From Octopus vulgaris (Eukaryota): a stretch of DNA of 64,000 nt. The notes under the pieces were generated by a model that had not been told where the DNA came from, searched no databases, and worked only from the letters and a program-made list of their open reading frames with translations. The stretch spans positions 86,924,001-86,988,000 of the forward strand of contig OX597814.1 of the NCBI GenBank assembly GCA_951406725.2. Reading direction: 5' to 3'. The translations under genes were made by a program, and so were the position numbers. Positions 1 through 12,093 of the stretch are shown piece after piece; within the stretch, counting starts at the first letter, position 1, and each line of letters begins with the position of its first letter.

Positions 1-1160
1 AATAGATTAGGATTCTGAAAAAAATTTGTAAAATTTTAATTTTTCAACAAATATATATACCCCAGGCCTTCAAGCAGGCTAACCACGTGCTAGAAATAAC
101 AGCCAAATCTCACAAAACTGTGATAACAATGAAAGAAACATGTAATCAATCTAACCACCTTTCAGCAAAGATTTCTTTCAGAGTAATTTCCCGCTGACAA
201 AGTAATTCACGTGAAATTAAAGTGTTTTATTTTTTAAAACTTTTTTTAGAACTTCTTTTCGAATTTTTTTTTTTTTTTTCAATCAATCTACGTGGGAAAA
301 TACGGAGATTAAGAATATGGAAAATGAACTGTTGTTTTGTCTAGTTAACATGAATTATTGTCATATTACTGTGAGAAATTACTCTGAAAGAAATCTTTGC
401 AGAAAGTTAAGTAGATTGATTACATATTTCTTTCACTGTTATCGCAATTGAAATTTTGAAAATGCGATTTTTGAAATATTTTTTTTTCAGAATCGGATCC
501 TCTATAAAAAAAAAAAGACATTCTTTCGATATAACTCGACAAAATCAAAACATTTCACCAGGTATTTCCGTGGGTTGTGGAGTATAGATATAACGAAATT
601 ATGCCAGCAATGTCTCATTTTAAATTGTTTCATGTGTGTATGAAAAATCCGCAGATTTCCCAGCAGAAAATAGAATCGAACTGTCATTTGCTTCCACGGA
701 AATACCCGAAGTGAAATGTTTTGATTTTGTCGAGTTATATCGAAAGAATGCAAAAAAAAAAAAAAAAAAAAGAAAGAAATCATTATATATCCATTTTTCC
801 GAAAGTTATGACGGAAAAATCGGATCTTGTGAATTTTTTTCATATTCGTTTTCTACATGTTAAAACCCAGTAGTTTGGTTTCTTTTTTTTTTTTTGTTCA
901 CGGGTGATCTTTATATTGAGCCAACTTTGTTGCCTCATAACTTTCAGGAAGTTATGAGGCAACAAAGTCGGGTCAAACTAAAGCGTTTGACCCGGTCATA
1001 AAAACAAACAAAAGAATAGTGTAATTGGTGTAAAACAACTTGCTCTAAACGAACATGACCAAAAAAATGCGCGCTCGCAAAAGGGGTGGGGGAGAGGACT
1101 CGGAAAATTCACATCGTGAATGATCCGGGCACAAAAGCAAAAAAAAAAAATGTAGTAGGT
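1..1160. mobile_element. Foldback/MITE-like element made of nested inverted repeats; runs off the left edge
   Basis: Inverted pairs: ~120-215 vs ~350-445 (GCAAAGATTTCTTTCAGAGTAATTTC / its reverse complement), ~519-558 vs ~710-750 (CATTCTTTCGATATAACTCGACAAAATCAAAACATTTCAC), and a perfect 20-bp-arm hairpin at 924-968. 780-920 is the reverse complement of part of 27645-27830. Confidence 0.6.
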
Positions 1161-1948
1161 GTAAAACAACGTTCTAAACGATTATCAACAACATACACAC
1201 AAAGAAATGGTTGGTTCAAGGCAAGTGTGCATTGAACTGAATTTAAATAAGCAAGAAAGATATTATCAAAGAAAAGGCCATAGCACCATCTTTAGTATCT
1301 GTTGTTATTATGGAGTTGAATATGTGTGTGTGTGGTGAAGTTATTAATATCAATACATTAACCAACACCATTGAAGTGAAATAATAGTTTCCTATACTTT
1401 TGGTTTGGCACTGCTGAATTGAGTCAACGACTATATAATACAAGTCAGGAGAAAAAAAAACGAAAAATGCGATATCCATAACAGTAAAGAAATAAGACCT
1501 CCCCCAAACAGTAACCCTTGTGTTTAAAATCTCCCTAACAAAAAAGAGAGGTTGTTTGGCTTTAGTTTGAGCGAAAGTCGGTGTGGGTGGGTACACATCT
1601 AGTTATGCCATTAAAGCGACGTACTTTTAAACTTACGGATGGTTAACAAAAATCTGTTTAACAGCTGATGTTATCAGCTAGTGCTCGGCTAATTGCGACG
1701 GTCTTTTAATTTTTAATCAGCATTTCATATATTGTATTTAAATGTACATATGTAATAAACAGTATTTTTATGTATAATTTAAAATGCTAGGCTATTTAAA
1801 ATGCTAGGCTATTTTCCAAAGCTTAAGGTGGAGGATGCATTTAAGTGCCTCAGTCGATTATATTTGCTTTTGCCCAGTTTAGTCATTATAAATATAGACA
1901 AATTTGGATATTATAGGAATGTTTTATAATTGATTCGTTGAATTATCC

Positions 1949-2641
1949 GGTACTACTAGCGAACAGTGGTCCCGGTGCGCTAGCTAGTCGTAAGTAGTCG
2001 ATCCTACAACGACTTGCGCGTATGTTTGTATTTCAAGGCTGAATACATATCAAAGAAAATTAAATAATATTTTTCGAACAAAGTAAATAAATTATTTTTA
2101 TAAGGAGTGGCTGTGTGGTAAGTAGCTTGGGACTGAACCCGGAACCATGTGGTTGGTTAGCAAGCTACTTACCACACAGCCACTCCTTATAAAAATAATT
2201 TATTTACTTTGTTCGAAAAATATTATTTAATTTTCTTTGATATGTATTCAGCCTTGAAATACAAACATACGCGCAAGTCGTTGTAGGATCGACTACTAGG
2301 GGGACAAACACACACACACACACACACACACTGTGTTTGTGTGTCTGTATTTGTCCCCCTAGCATTGCTGGTGTGTTTACGTCCCAGTCACTTAGCGGTT
2401 CGGCAAAAGAGGCCGATAGAATAAGTACTGGGTTACAAAGAATAAGTCCCGGGGTCGATTTGCTCGACTAAAGGTGGTGCTCCAGCATGGCCGCAGTCAA
2501 ATGACTGAAACAAGTAAAAGAGTAAAGAGTAAACTAGGGTTAGGGTTGAGAATTCAGGGTTAAAAAGTCGTTGTAGGATCGACTACTTACGACTAGCTAG
2601 CGCGAGTGCGCGCACCGGGATTACTGTTCGCTAGTAGTACC
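1949..2641. mobile_element. Non-autonomous DNA transposon (Merlin- or MULE-like MITE) with a 9-bp TSD
   Basis: TIRs GGTACTACTAGCGAACAG...GTAGTCGATCCTACAACGACTT (~65 bp) at both ends; exact 9-bp direct repeat GAATTATCC at 1940-1948 and 2642-2650. GG-starting TIRs with an 8-9 bp TSD fit Merlin; a 9-bp TSD also fits Mutator. Confidence 0.8.
2104..2531 (+). mobile_element. tRNA-derived SINE family A, rearranged by internal fold-backs
   Basis: Head GGAGTGGCTGTGTGGTAAGTAGCTTG; body GGTGCTCCAGCATGGCCGCAGTCAAATGACTGAAACAAGTAAAAGAG; the same family recurs at ~5250, ~11850 and ~54900-56010. Confidence 0.8.
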
Positions 2642-3519
2642 GAATTATCCGTAAATTTTTAATTTTTCTAGTGAGGACAAAACCCCAGTATAAAGGATAA
2701 ACTTTAATAGGCCTAAGCTAATTCCCACAATCCTTATGGTCCTTAGTTTCAATTTTGTTGGGCATTTACAAAACTTGAATCATAGAGTTGGTAAGCTTAA
2801 TTCATTAAAGTTGATTTTGATTTAGATTTAAGGAGATTATTTCGAAATTTGTACATATTATATGGCGGACAAAAGGGTAACTGCACTAATTGAAAGTGAA
2901 AGGAAGGTATTGTCATTGTGTGTATAAATGTTCGTGTTCTGTACCATTTCGTACACCCCACCACGTATCTTCTAACGTAAAAACGTTCAGTTTGATCATT
3001 TCCGAAAAGAAAAAAAATAATAAAGAACCGCATCTTTCGACTAGTCCTGTTGTTGACGATTTTTGCCGATTGTTAACGGTTGCTTTCCTTCCACTTCAAT
3101 CGGTGCAGTTTGTTTCCCTTTGTTAGCCATATTATATGAACTAAGTTCGAAAGATCGCCATTATAATCACTCCAACTACGCATGTTGGTGTTAGTTTCGT
3201 GGTGATTGCTCAAAACGGTATATAATATAGGATGTGTTGCATACAGGATATTGCCATTTTGGCTAATACTGTTTAGTTCAGTGAAAAGTAAAAACTATGG
3301 CTAAGTCAGCCTCTAATTTGGTTATAATATACTTTCAAATATTAGCTTCATAAGTGTGATTATGAAATATCTATAAATAATTGTTGTCCAAGGCAAGATC
3401 AATCAATTGATAGTTGGTTACTTTGCATCTCTAGTATCTGTATTGACCTTTATAGAATGAGGTCACCAGATTTCTCCTCTAGTGCAAATTTTGTGGGTGC
3501 CATGTAAACACATACATGC

Positions 3520-3696
3520 CAGCGTTGTGTAAAAGCACCCAGTACACTCTGTAAAGTGGTTGGCATTAGGTAAGGCATCTAACCATAAAACCATGCCAAA
3601 ACAGAACTTGGAATCTGGGTAGCTCTTAAACTGGCCAGCTCCTGTCAAGCTGTCCAACCCATGCTAGCATGGAAAACAGATGTTAAATGATGATGC
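3520..3696 (+). mobile_element. RTE LINE 3' tail fragment
   Basis: Matches the 3' end of the RTE copies (AAAAGCACCC...CAACCCATGCTAGCATGGAAAA...GTTAAATGATGATG). Confidence 0.75.
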
Positions 3697-3972
3697 TCTC
3701 TCTCTCACACATATATATTAATGATAGCTTAGTAAAATTTCCATTTACAGCTTAACTCAATACATGCAATAGGAGACACTTGTCCAAAGTTACTGCACTG
3801 CAGGACAGTCTAAAATTTTCTATGGCCTGATGTCAACCCTTGCCTGTTTCTAAGGTAATATTTCCCACGACCAGATATGTTTTCATGGAAGATTGGAAAT
3901 GGACACTGCTTGTATGGTGATATCACTTGCAACTATCATGTGATGTCAAACCAAGGAGGCAGTATTGTGCAT

Positions 3973-3978
<6 letters not shown>

Positions 3979-4028
<50 letters not shown>
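3979..4028. repeat. (CA)n microsatellite
   Basis: Perfect dinucleotide run. Confidence 0.95.
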
Positions 4029-4030
<2 letters not shown>

Positions 4031-5249
4031 ATATTAAAGTACCTCAAGTTTCTGTCTTCCAAAATCCATTTGTCTGGGTTTGCCCAAAATTTCATGCAGT
4101 AGAACTGAATCTGTTGGGAAGCAAATTTCTTCAGTAATGGCTCTGGTTAAAACTGGTGAAGGGTGGGTTCTGCATATGTAAGACTGGCCAAGAAACACCA
4201 TGGCAAAGTAGTGTCTTGATTGCTCCATCAATAGTTAAGGGTACAAAGGTGTGTATATAATGTTTGCAACAGAGCAGACTGCTCTCTAATGCAGTCTTGG
4301 CATCCAAGGGCCAAGTTCTGATGTTGACCAAGCAATAGATTGACTACTATTTGAACAGAAATTATATATCAGCCATTAATACCATAGGGTGAGGTTTCAT
4401 GCAAATTTGGTTGCTATTTGTAGTAAGTCAGCTGCTAAAAATGTAGCTTGTTGAAATGCTTTCAAATTATAGGCTGCTAAATTCCTTGCACCACTTAATA
4501 TAACTTTATAAAAAAAAAATTCCTTTTTGAAACTTTTGTGAACACTTAGTTTTATAAGTATAATCTTGAGACCTCTATTATATTTTGTTGATGTGTACAG
4601 ATTTATGAACAAATATTAACAATTTCAAACAATTTGTGGCAACCTTTCATTTTGTGATGCATATGAAGGCAAATAACAAATTGTTCCAAAACATTGTCTG
4701 GTAAACCAGTCATTTCAGACTAGACCTCAGTAATGCAGCATTGCATAGGAGCTCTAACAAAAGGAGTATGGAATTTCATCAAAAGTAAATATCTTATGAA
4801 TAGAATGTAAGATGTTTTCTTCTCTCGTGTCATTTTCACCAAGTATGGGTAATATTTCTATGATATGAAAACTGGATTTCTGTGTAAGGTTCTGCAGTTT
4901 TCCTTTTGTTTATATATGTTTGCTTGCAATTTCTAAAGTAATCATTGTTATTAGGAATCTTCAGATTTTCTCCATTAAGTAGAAGGAAACTGCATTGTGA
5001 ATTAAATGATCTAATCAGTTGGATTTCATTTTCTCATCTCAGAATTAATGAACTAGTCTTGTAAGCCAGATTTTCTTTAATAAATAATGTTGAATGGGTG
5101 CTTTTTGAACTACAATAGTTAAAATGCTTTCATTTGCTAGAGGATTGTCTATATTTTGATAAAATCTGTAGTGAAGCAAATTCATGTTGTAAAATATATT
5201 ACTTGAATTTTTATCTTGTTTCAGGGCACTGCCTTGAAGAATTTTAGAC

Positions 5250-5515
5250 AAACAAATTGACCCCAGTATCTTTTTTTTTGTAGAGCTTGATACTTATTTT
5301 ATCAGTCTCTTATACCACACCACTAAGTTATGGGGATGTAAATGCACCAACACCAGTTACGTGGCATTGGGAGACACACACATGTACACAATGGGCTTCT
5401 TTCAGTTTCCATCTACCAAATCCACTCACAAGGCATTAGTCATCCTGAGGCTGTATAGTAGAAGAGGTGCCATGTATTTGGGACGCAAGCTTCTTACCAC
5501 GCAGTCATACCTACA
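5250..5515 (-). mobile_element. SINE family A, degraded
   Basis: CTTTCAGTTTCCATCTACCAAATCCACTCACAAGGC and CAAGCTTCTTACCAC match the family A reverse complement. Confidence 0.75.
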
Positions 5516-5949
5516 CGGTGTGTGTGGGAAAATCTCAGAGAAGCAGCGTCACATGTGTTTAATCTAAGTTCATTAAATGTTATATCTGTATTTAAAGTGA
5601 AATTTCTTGATATAAAATTTGTGAATAAATTGGTAATAGATTTGAGAATAAATCAAATTGGATTGAGTGTTATAGAAAGTAAGCTTTAAGATATTTATTT
5701 TAATATAAAATAATGAAAATAACATTTTTGTAAAATGAATTCATTTTCTTCCAAAAATGTATCAGTTTATAAATTTCATATTTAAGAGGATCTAAAAAAC
5801 ATAGTTCTGGAATTGCCTATTCTCTGTTGAAATGTGTCATTCTTCAATTATGAACTCTAAAGCTTGGTAGTTATTTTTATGGTATAGATTGATGCAAAAA
5901 TGGTATTTGACTGTTATGTTTAAAGAATTTGTACTTTTTATCATTTTAG

Positions 5950-6106
5950 GTGTCCAGAGAGTTCTTCCACTCGTAAGAAAATGATTTACACCTCAACTCT
6001 TAATACTTTAAAAAGTGCTTTGGCTGGTATTCAAGTAGAAGTTCAATCAAATGATTTGGGTGATCTAGACTTTGAGGAAGTACTACAGAAGGTGGACAAA
6101 AGCTGA
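5950..6106 (+). CDS. Cofilin/actin-depolymerizing factor (ADF-H domain), terminal coding exon
   Basis: Acceptor TTTTTATCATTTTAG|G, then CPESSSTRKKMIYTSTLNTLKSALAGIQVEVQSNDLGDLDFEEVLQKVDKS*. This matches the cofilin WxP...KMxYxS...LK..L.G...E.Q..D motif, with the Trp codon split by a phase-2 intron. Not in the ORF track. No upstream exon was found in the window. Confidence 0.9.
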
Positions 6107-6790
6107 ATATTCTCATCCATATTTTGCAAAAATGTTATGTATATATATACATACGTATAATGTCTCAACTCGCATTGTATTTGTCTGACCATGAAAATTT
6201 GTTTTTATTTTTTTAAGATTTTCTAAAGCAACAAAAATTTTAGATTTCATAACTGATAACTGTTTCATCTGTCTGTTGTACACAACATTTCTTCTCTGCT
6301 ATTTTATAATGAACTAATTTTTATCTGACATTCACTATCTGGTTCTTTTTTTATGTTGGCGACATAAATCCAAAAATTTAAAGAAATACTGCTTATGAAT
6401 ATTAAAGGATTTATTTTTCTATGTGAAGTTAACAAGAAATATTTAGTATAAACTTCCATTGTGCAAAGCATGCCATCATGGAAAAAATTAATTATACTGA
6501 ATTAAAAGCTAAAGTGTTAACAAGCATGGAGAACATGACTTTCAAGTGCTTTAAACACGGAATGGTGTATCTGCCCTTAGATTTACTAAACTTTAGCTCT
6601 TTAAAAAAATTGTAACAAATGGATATTCAGTTTAAATTGCTGCTGACTGCTTCTTCCCAACGTGGTTAAACTTTGGTCTGCATCTTGCTCAGCCAGTAGC
6701 TTTTAATGTCCATAACATTTTTTTGATTTTTATATCACAATAAATTTGACACTATTGAAAATAAAAAGCTTTTCTTTTTTTATTTTTGTA
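6107..6790 (+). other. Probable cofilin 3' UTR with polyadenylation signals
   Basis: Repeat-free AT-rich sequence after the stop; AATAAA at ~6739 and ~6760 followed by a T-rich tract. Confidence 0.5.
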
Positions 6791-7429
6791 TTTCCATTTG
6801 TGAATTATGAATATAATTAAAATGTATAGAAAATATCTGCAAAGAATTTCTGGAAGCATTGTAGCAATTTCTTTTTAAATCTCAACCTGAATATATATCT
6901 AGTTTACTAACATTTTTGTAAGATCTTGTTTATTTTGATCCTGTACTTCAGAAATTTCAGCATAGATGTCTTATTGTAAGACTGGTAAGAATTGCAAAGA
7001 AAAATCTCAATGGGTAGCATTGTTCTGTGTGATGTTTTTATTGAAAGATTTTTTAGGTTTGGAAATTAACCAGAGTTAATGTTTTTGATACATATTTTTC
7101 TTCAACTTCCTTTGAATTTTGTAGAAAGTTGATTAATGTTAGTATATCATTTGCATATAAATACAGGAGTAATTCACTCAGTGAACATTCCCTGTAGGGT
7201 TTAGTTCAAAACTACTTGCAAACAATGGTTACCACACAATATGTTGGGTCTCCTTTCTCTTGAACTCACTATGACAAACTATAATGCATTACAAACCATT
7301 CTAAGTAATGCATTTTGCATTGTTATAGGCTTCATGAACACTGAACAAGTTTACTAACTACATTTATACCAATGAGATAGCTTATGTGGTCATATGAGGT
7401 GCTAGGAATGGTAGTCAAATTTTTTAGTC

Positions 7430-8835
7430 ATAACCCTTTAGCATTCAGATTACTCTGTTATATATATAATCATCATTGTCGTTGAACGTCTGCTTTCCAT
7501 GCTGGCATGGGTTGGACGGTTTGACTCGAGGACTGGTGAGCCAGAAGACTGCACCAGGCTCAATCTGATCTGGCAACGTTTCTACAGCTGGATGCCCTTC
7601 CTAACGCCAACCACTCCCAGAGTGTAGCTGGTACTTTTATGTGCTGCCGGCATGAGGGCCAATCAGGCAGTACTGGCAATGACCACGCTCAAAAGGTGTT
7701 TTTTGTGTGCCACCTGCATGGGAGCCAGTCCAGCGGCACTGGCAATAACCATGCTTGAATGTTGTTTTTCATGTGCCTGTATGCCGATGCTGGCAATGAT
7801 CATGCTTGAATGGTGCTTTTTACATGCCACCAGCATGGGAGCAAGTCAGTGGCTCTGGCAAAAAACACGCTCAGATGGTGCTTCTAACGTTCCACTGGCA
7901 CAAGTGCCAATCAGGTGGTACTGTCATCGGCCACGTCAGCAATTTTTGATTATTCATACTAGCAAGAATATTTTACGGAATTAATGGTAAACCTATTGGG
8001 TTATGTCTGAAAACATTATCCAAAAAAGTCTGAAAGCATAGCCTATGATGTTTGTATGGAAAAATAGTCACTCATCTGCTTCTCATTGAAAAGTGAATGA
8101 AATTGGAATATGATGATTACTTAATGTACTTTATATATACATTTTATATACTTTATGCACAATTTTATTGACTTAATTACACATCACTCATAAAATAAAT
8201 ATTTGCTCTTATTTTTCCATTTTTCCAATAAACAAAAGAAAATATATCTTGTACATATGATATAACCTTTAGTTAAATTGCATATATCTGTCACATAAAT
8301 AAGTGTTAATATTTCTCAGAATTGCTCTTATGCGCATGCGTTAAGTGATAGGTGATATAAAAAAAACTTTGTCTAAAGAAAAATACACTTTTCATTATCC
8401 AATCACCACCTCCACCAACATCTCTCTCTCTCTCTCTCTGCCTTTCTTTAACCTCACCATTAGAACATCACCCCCCTCTGCTAAAATTATATTTTTAACT
8501 CTCTTCCTCTAGCTCATCACTACCTTCAAGTAACTTTCTTAACCACATAATAAATATTAAATTCCCCCTACCTCTTGTCATGGATGCTTCTTTCTCCTTC
8601 TTTTTCTCTAATCACATGAAAGCATTACTGACTGGCTAAGTAACAGAATTATTATAAGATTGTTTTTGATTAATCATGCATTATCTTGTTGCTTTAAGAT
8701 TTTGATGATGTAATTGTTTATTTTTAGAATGACATCATAGGGTAGATGGCAAAGATGAGATCTGGCTAGTTTGAACATAAAACAGGTAGAATATTTTTGG
8801 CCGGATATGGCTGGTTTGAATACTAAAAGGTTATG
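7430..8835. mobile_element. piggyBac-like MITE split by a ~1.2 kb insert
   Basis: Left end ATAACCCTTTAGCATTCA; the right end reverse-complements to ATAACCTTTTAGTATTCA. The body at 8660-8835 resembles a fragment at ~12943-13030 in opposite orientation. Confidence 0.5.
7468..7945 (-). mobile_element. RTE 3' UTR fragment with degenerate ~60-bp subrepeats
   Basis: CATCATTGTCGTTGAACGTCTGCTTTCCATGCTGGCATGGGTTGG tail; repeated GGTGCTTTT-A(T/C)GTGCCAC units. Confidence 0.8.
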
Positions 8836-8984
8836 AGTGCATTGACCAATATAGTCCCTGAGGCACAAAGATGAGATCTTCATGACTAGAATGTCTTTGA
8901 CCAGAGGTCTGCTTGATCAGAGCTGATCTGGGGCTAAATATCTATATTGCAAATTATGGTTAGTCCATGTTATTCTGTAAGGAG

Positions 8985-9190
8985 CATAGGGCTGGTTTTC
9001 CAGTTTCTCTGACATATATATTCCTCCTTGGATGGGATACTGGTCTGTTGCAAGATTACTCATTTTTACCAGCTGAGTGGACTAGCACAATGTCAAATGA
9101 AGAGTTTTGTTCAAGAAGACAACACATCTACCAGTTCAGGAATTGAAATAGCAATCTTATGAATCCAACACTAAGCTGTTCACCTCCACA
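8985..9190 (-). mobile_element. tRNA-derived SINE family C
   Basis: CAGCTGAGTGGACT...TGTTCAAGAAGACAACAC is the reverse complement of the motif at ~13915-13970 and ~21095-21150. Confidence 0.6.
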
Positions 9191-9930
9191 TATTGCAAAT
9201 TATAGTATGTAAATATTTATCACTAGAGAAATTCAAATGGTATGGTTTTGCTTGATATGGGTAAAACCAGCATCTGTTGTGCAACAGCTATATTCAGTCA
9301 TGAAGTCAGATCCCATCTTGGACCAACACCTAAATGGTGATGAAAATCTTAGTATTTTTAATTTCTAATTCAAAAACAGAGATGAACCACCCTGAAAGAA
9401 ATGTATATACAGTATACATGTAGTATTTGTATATATTTCATTTTGAATGTTAGATAATTAATGTTGGTTTATTCAATTAGAAAGCAAAAACCTAATGACG
9501 ATATAATTAGCATCTAGCACATCTTGTTTCTTAATTTCTGTTTTAATATTTAAATTCTTTATTTGACTGTTATTTTCAACCACAAAATATTTATATCTGT
9601 TTATGAAATTCTCTGTATGTACTTTTTCTTTCTTGGCGATCGAAGCAAATCAATGACTTCGTGCTGTAGCCGTTTTTCTTCCTATGTGATTTAAAGCAGT
9701 TTTTGATATGTGGTATTCCAACATTAGAAACGAGTTCCAAACATGCTATTCAAGTTCGCTGAAACTTATCTCCTGCCACTCAAAATAACAATTCAAATGG
9801 AATAAAGAGTACATGCATCACAACAACAACAGCGAGTATGTGTGTAGACTTACAATATCCTATTGTTAAGAAAATTTTACACAATCATTCAATAAAACTC
9901 AAATGGGATAAAGAGTACATGCTTTATCCG

Positions 9931-10275
9931 CCTAAATAGTGCAACGAGACCTACTTGGTAGTCAAGTCTCTGACGCCCCACTTTATTGAGGCCACCGTTG
10001 TTACAAGTTATGGGAGTGGGGGGGAAATGTTTTCATTTCAAGAATGCACCTTTATCCCACGGGGTCAGACATGTGTTTAACGTCTGCAGATCGTCATGTC
10101 CATCAACAAATCCCAAGGCCAAACACTATTGGTGGCGGTCATCCATTTGGGGGAGCTGTGCTTTTCACATGGGCCACTTTATATGGCCAGCTCCCATGTG
10201 GGGAGTAGAAACGCCCTTTTTGTGTATGCTCCACAAGGCAGAACATGCAATGTTGTCTGTAGCGAAGTTTTATAG
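9931..10275 (+). pseudogene. Helitron RepHel Pif1-helicase C-terminal remnant
   Basis: PK*CNETYLVVKSLTPHFIEATVVT, then after frameshifts VMSINKSQGQTLLVAVIHLGELCFSHGPLYMASSHVG...TCNVVCSEVL*. These correspond to the Pif1/Helitron motifs AMTINKSQGQTL and FSHGQLYVAxSRV. Read in a different frame from the listed ORF. Confidence 0.9.
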
Positions 10276-10547
10276 ACGTAGAAAGAACAAGTCATCACTG
10301 CAGCTGATATGGTTATAGACAGGTGATGCGGAAGCATTGGCCAGACATATTCTCAAACCATGGCAGTATGACTCGTGGACTCTTCCTCTTCTTTATTGGA
10401 CAATGCTGACTCTCCAACAACAATGCTCACTTGGCCGATATCAGTGCTTGGCCAAGTTGCTCATATAGTTAGGCTAGAAGGGCCAGGCCCCTTATTTTTT
10501 TGTTAAGGCTGCTGGTGAATTTTCCTATGTTACTGCAATTCGGATCC

Positions 10548-10730
10548 CCAATGCAAACCTTCGAATCAACCTTATCCAATCCAAATCTTTGAGTCAACCT
10601 TCTTCACTGCAGATCTCTAATGCAAGCTTTCGATGCATCTTTATCCAATGCAAACCTTCGATGCAATCTTCTCCAGTGCAGATCTTTGCTGCAACCTTCT
10701 CTAATGCATATTTTTGATGCAGCCTTAACT
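10548..10730. repeat. Degenerate minisatellite of ~13/15-bp TGCA-led subunits (~28-bp period)
   Basis: GCAAACCTTCGAT / GCAATCTTCTCCAGT / GCAGATCTTTGCT / GCAACCTTCTCTAAT series. Confidence 0.7.
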
Positions 10731-11847
10731 GATAGTACCCCTAGGTTAGGACTAGATTGGGGTTAGTTGCTGCCTTTTAGAGGCTCCAGGGCCCCCTTTC
10801 ACTAGGTTAGCTTAGGCTTAGTTGTGATCCGAACATAACCTATTCTGATCAGAGGATTAGGAGCCCTTTTGGGCATTCTATTTTCCTTGCCGGGAGGGCT
10901 CCCAGCCCATGGTCCGGGGTGGGTGGGTTAGATGATGGGAGTAGGGTTCGAAAGGGCTGGCATGTACAACTTGGTCATCTCTGCCGGTCAAACTCCCAAC
11001 CCATGCATTCCCGTCATGACAAAGATTCTGCAGAACTGGGCTTGGTATGAAAACCAACTTTAAAGTATAAATATAGATTTTTGAATCTGCAATGTTGTGT
11101 TTGGTTAAGTCCTATTTGGGGTGAAAAATCAATAAACTGATTCCTTATAGAATTTCCCTCTAAAATTGACTACACCCCATTTTCAGCCATAACTTTTACC
11201 AGTTTTGTTCAAACTTGATGCCGGCGTTACTTAAAACTCATGGGATCTTTGAATGCTTTAAATCCCCCCCACCCAAAAAAAAAAAACAATCGATGAGTGG
11301 AAAAATCAAAACAATTCCTTATGGATTTCCTAATCAAATTGTCTGCAACCTATTTTCAGCCAAACGTTTACCAATTTCAACAGATTTTGCTCAAATTTGA
11401 TGTTGGTGTTACTCAGTTTGGTTTGAAACAAAGTGCTTGATTAGCTTAATAATCCTAACTTAATCCCGAGCAGCGCCGGGTTATACTGCTAGTCTGAAAT
11501 ATTTACAATACCTTCACAAGGTCAGCTTTTTACATGATTCTGACTTAGACTTAAATTATTGATGCTTACGTTGAGAATGCAAATGTAAAATTGGAAAATA
11601 TGTAAACATGTTTTTATTAATGATATGTCTGGAAGCAAATTCAGCTAGAATAGCTTATGGGGATTGCCACTTCTTTACAGAAGGTGGTCCTCTCTTCAAT
11701 TAGTAAGCACTGTCATGAGATTTCATGACTAGTACGTCTGACTTTGGACAAACAGACTGTGCTGCAGATGTTCAGGAAGAAAAGTGTGTGGTATTGAAGT
11801 TGAATGCTGTTTTAGTTAGTGCTTGTTTCAAGATGGATTTTTCAATT

Positions 11848-12030
11848 CTTTATTCTTTTGCTTGTTTCAGTCATTTGGCTGTGGCCATGCTTAAAGGATT
11901 TTTTAGTCAAAGAAATCGACCTCAGGACTTACTCTTTCACTCTTTTGCTGAACTGCTATGGTACAAGGATGTAAACACCAACATTAGTTGTCAAGTGATG
12001 GTGTGTGTGTGTGGAAGAAACAAATATATA

Positions 12031-12093
<63 letters not shown>

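Larger units (their letters stand above)
9596..11492 (+). mobile_element. Helitron, deletion derivative
   Basis: 3' end: hairpin CCCGAGCAGCGCCGGG, 8 nt, CTAG|T (11465-11493). Putative 5' end A|TCTGTTTATGAAATT is less certain. Contains a Pif1 helicase remnant. Confidence 0.75.

Noticed and set aside
1243-1596. 117-aa minus-strand ORF
   Set aside because: No recognisable domain, low-complexity composition, non-ATG start.
2536-2560. Telomeric array (also GGTTAAGGTTAGGGTTAGG at ~45601)
   Set aside because: Only 2-3 units; internal to other repeats.
10548-10730. Pentapeptide-repeat (A-N/D-L-x-x) coding look-alike
   Set aside because: Subunits alternate 13 and 15 nt, so no frame keeps the motif; treated as a minisatellite.
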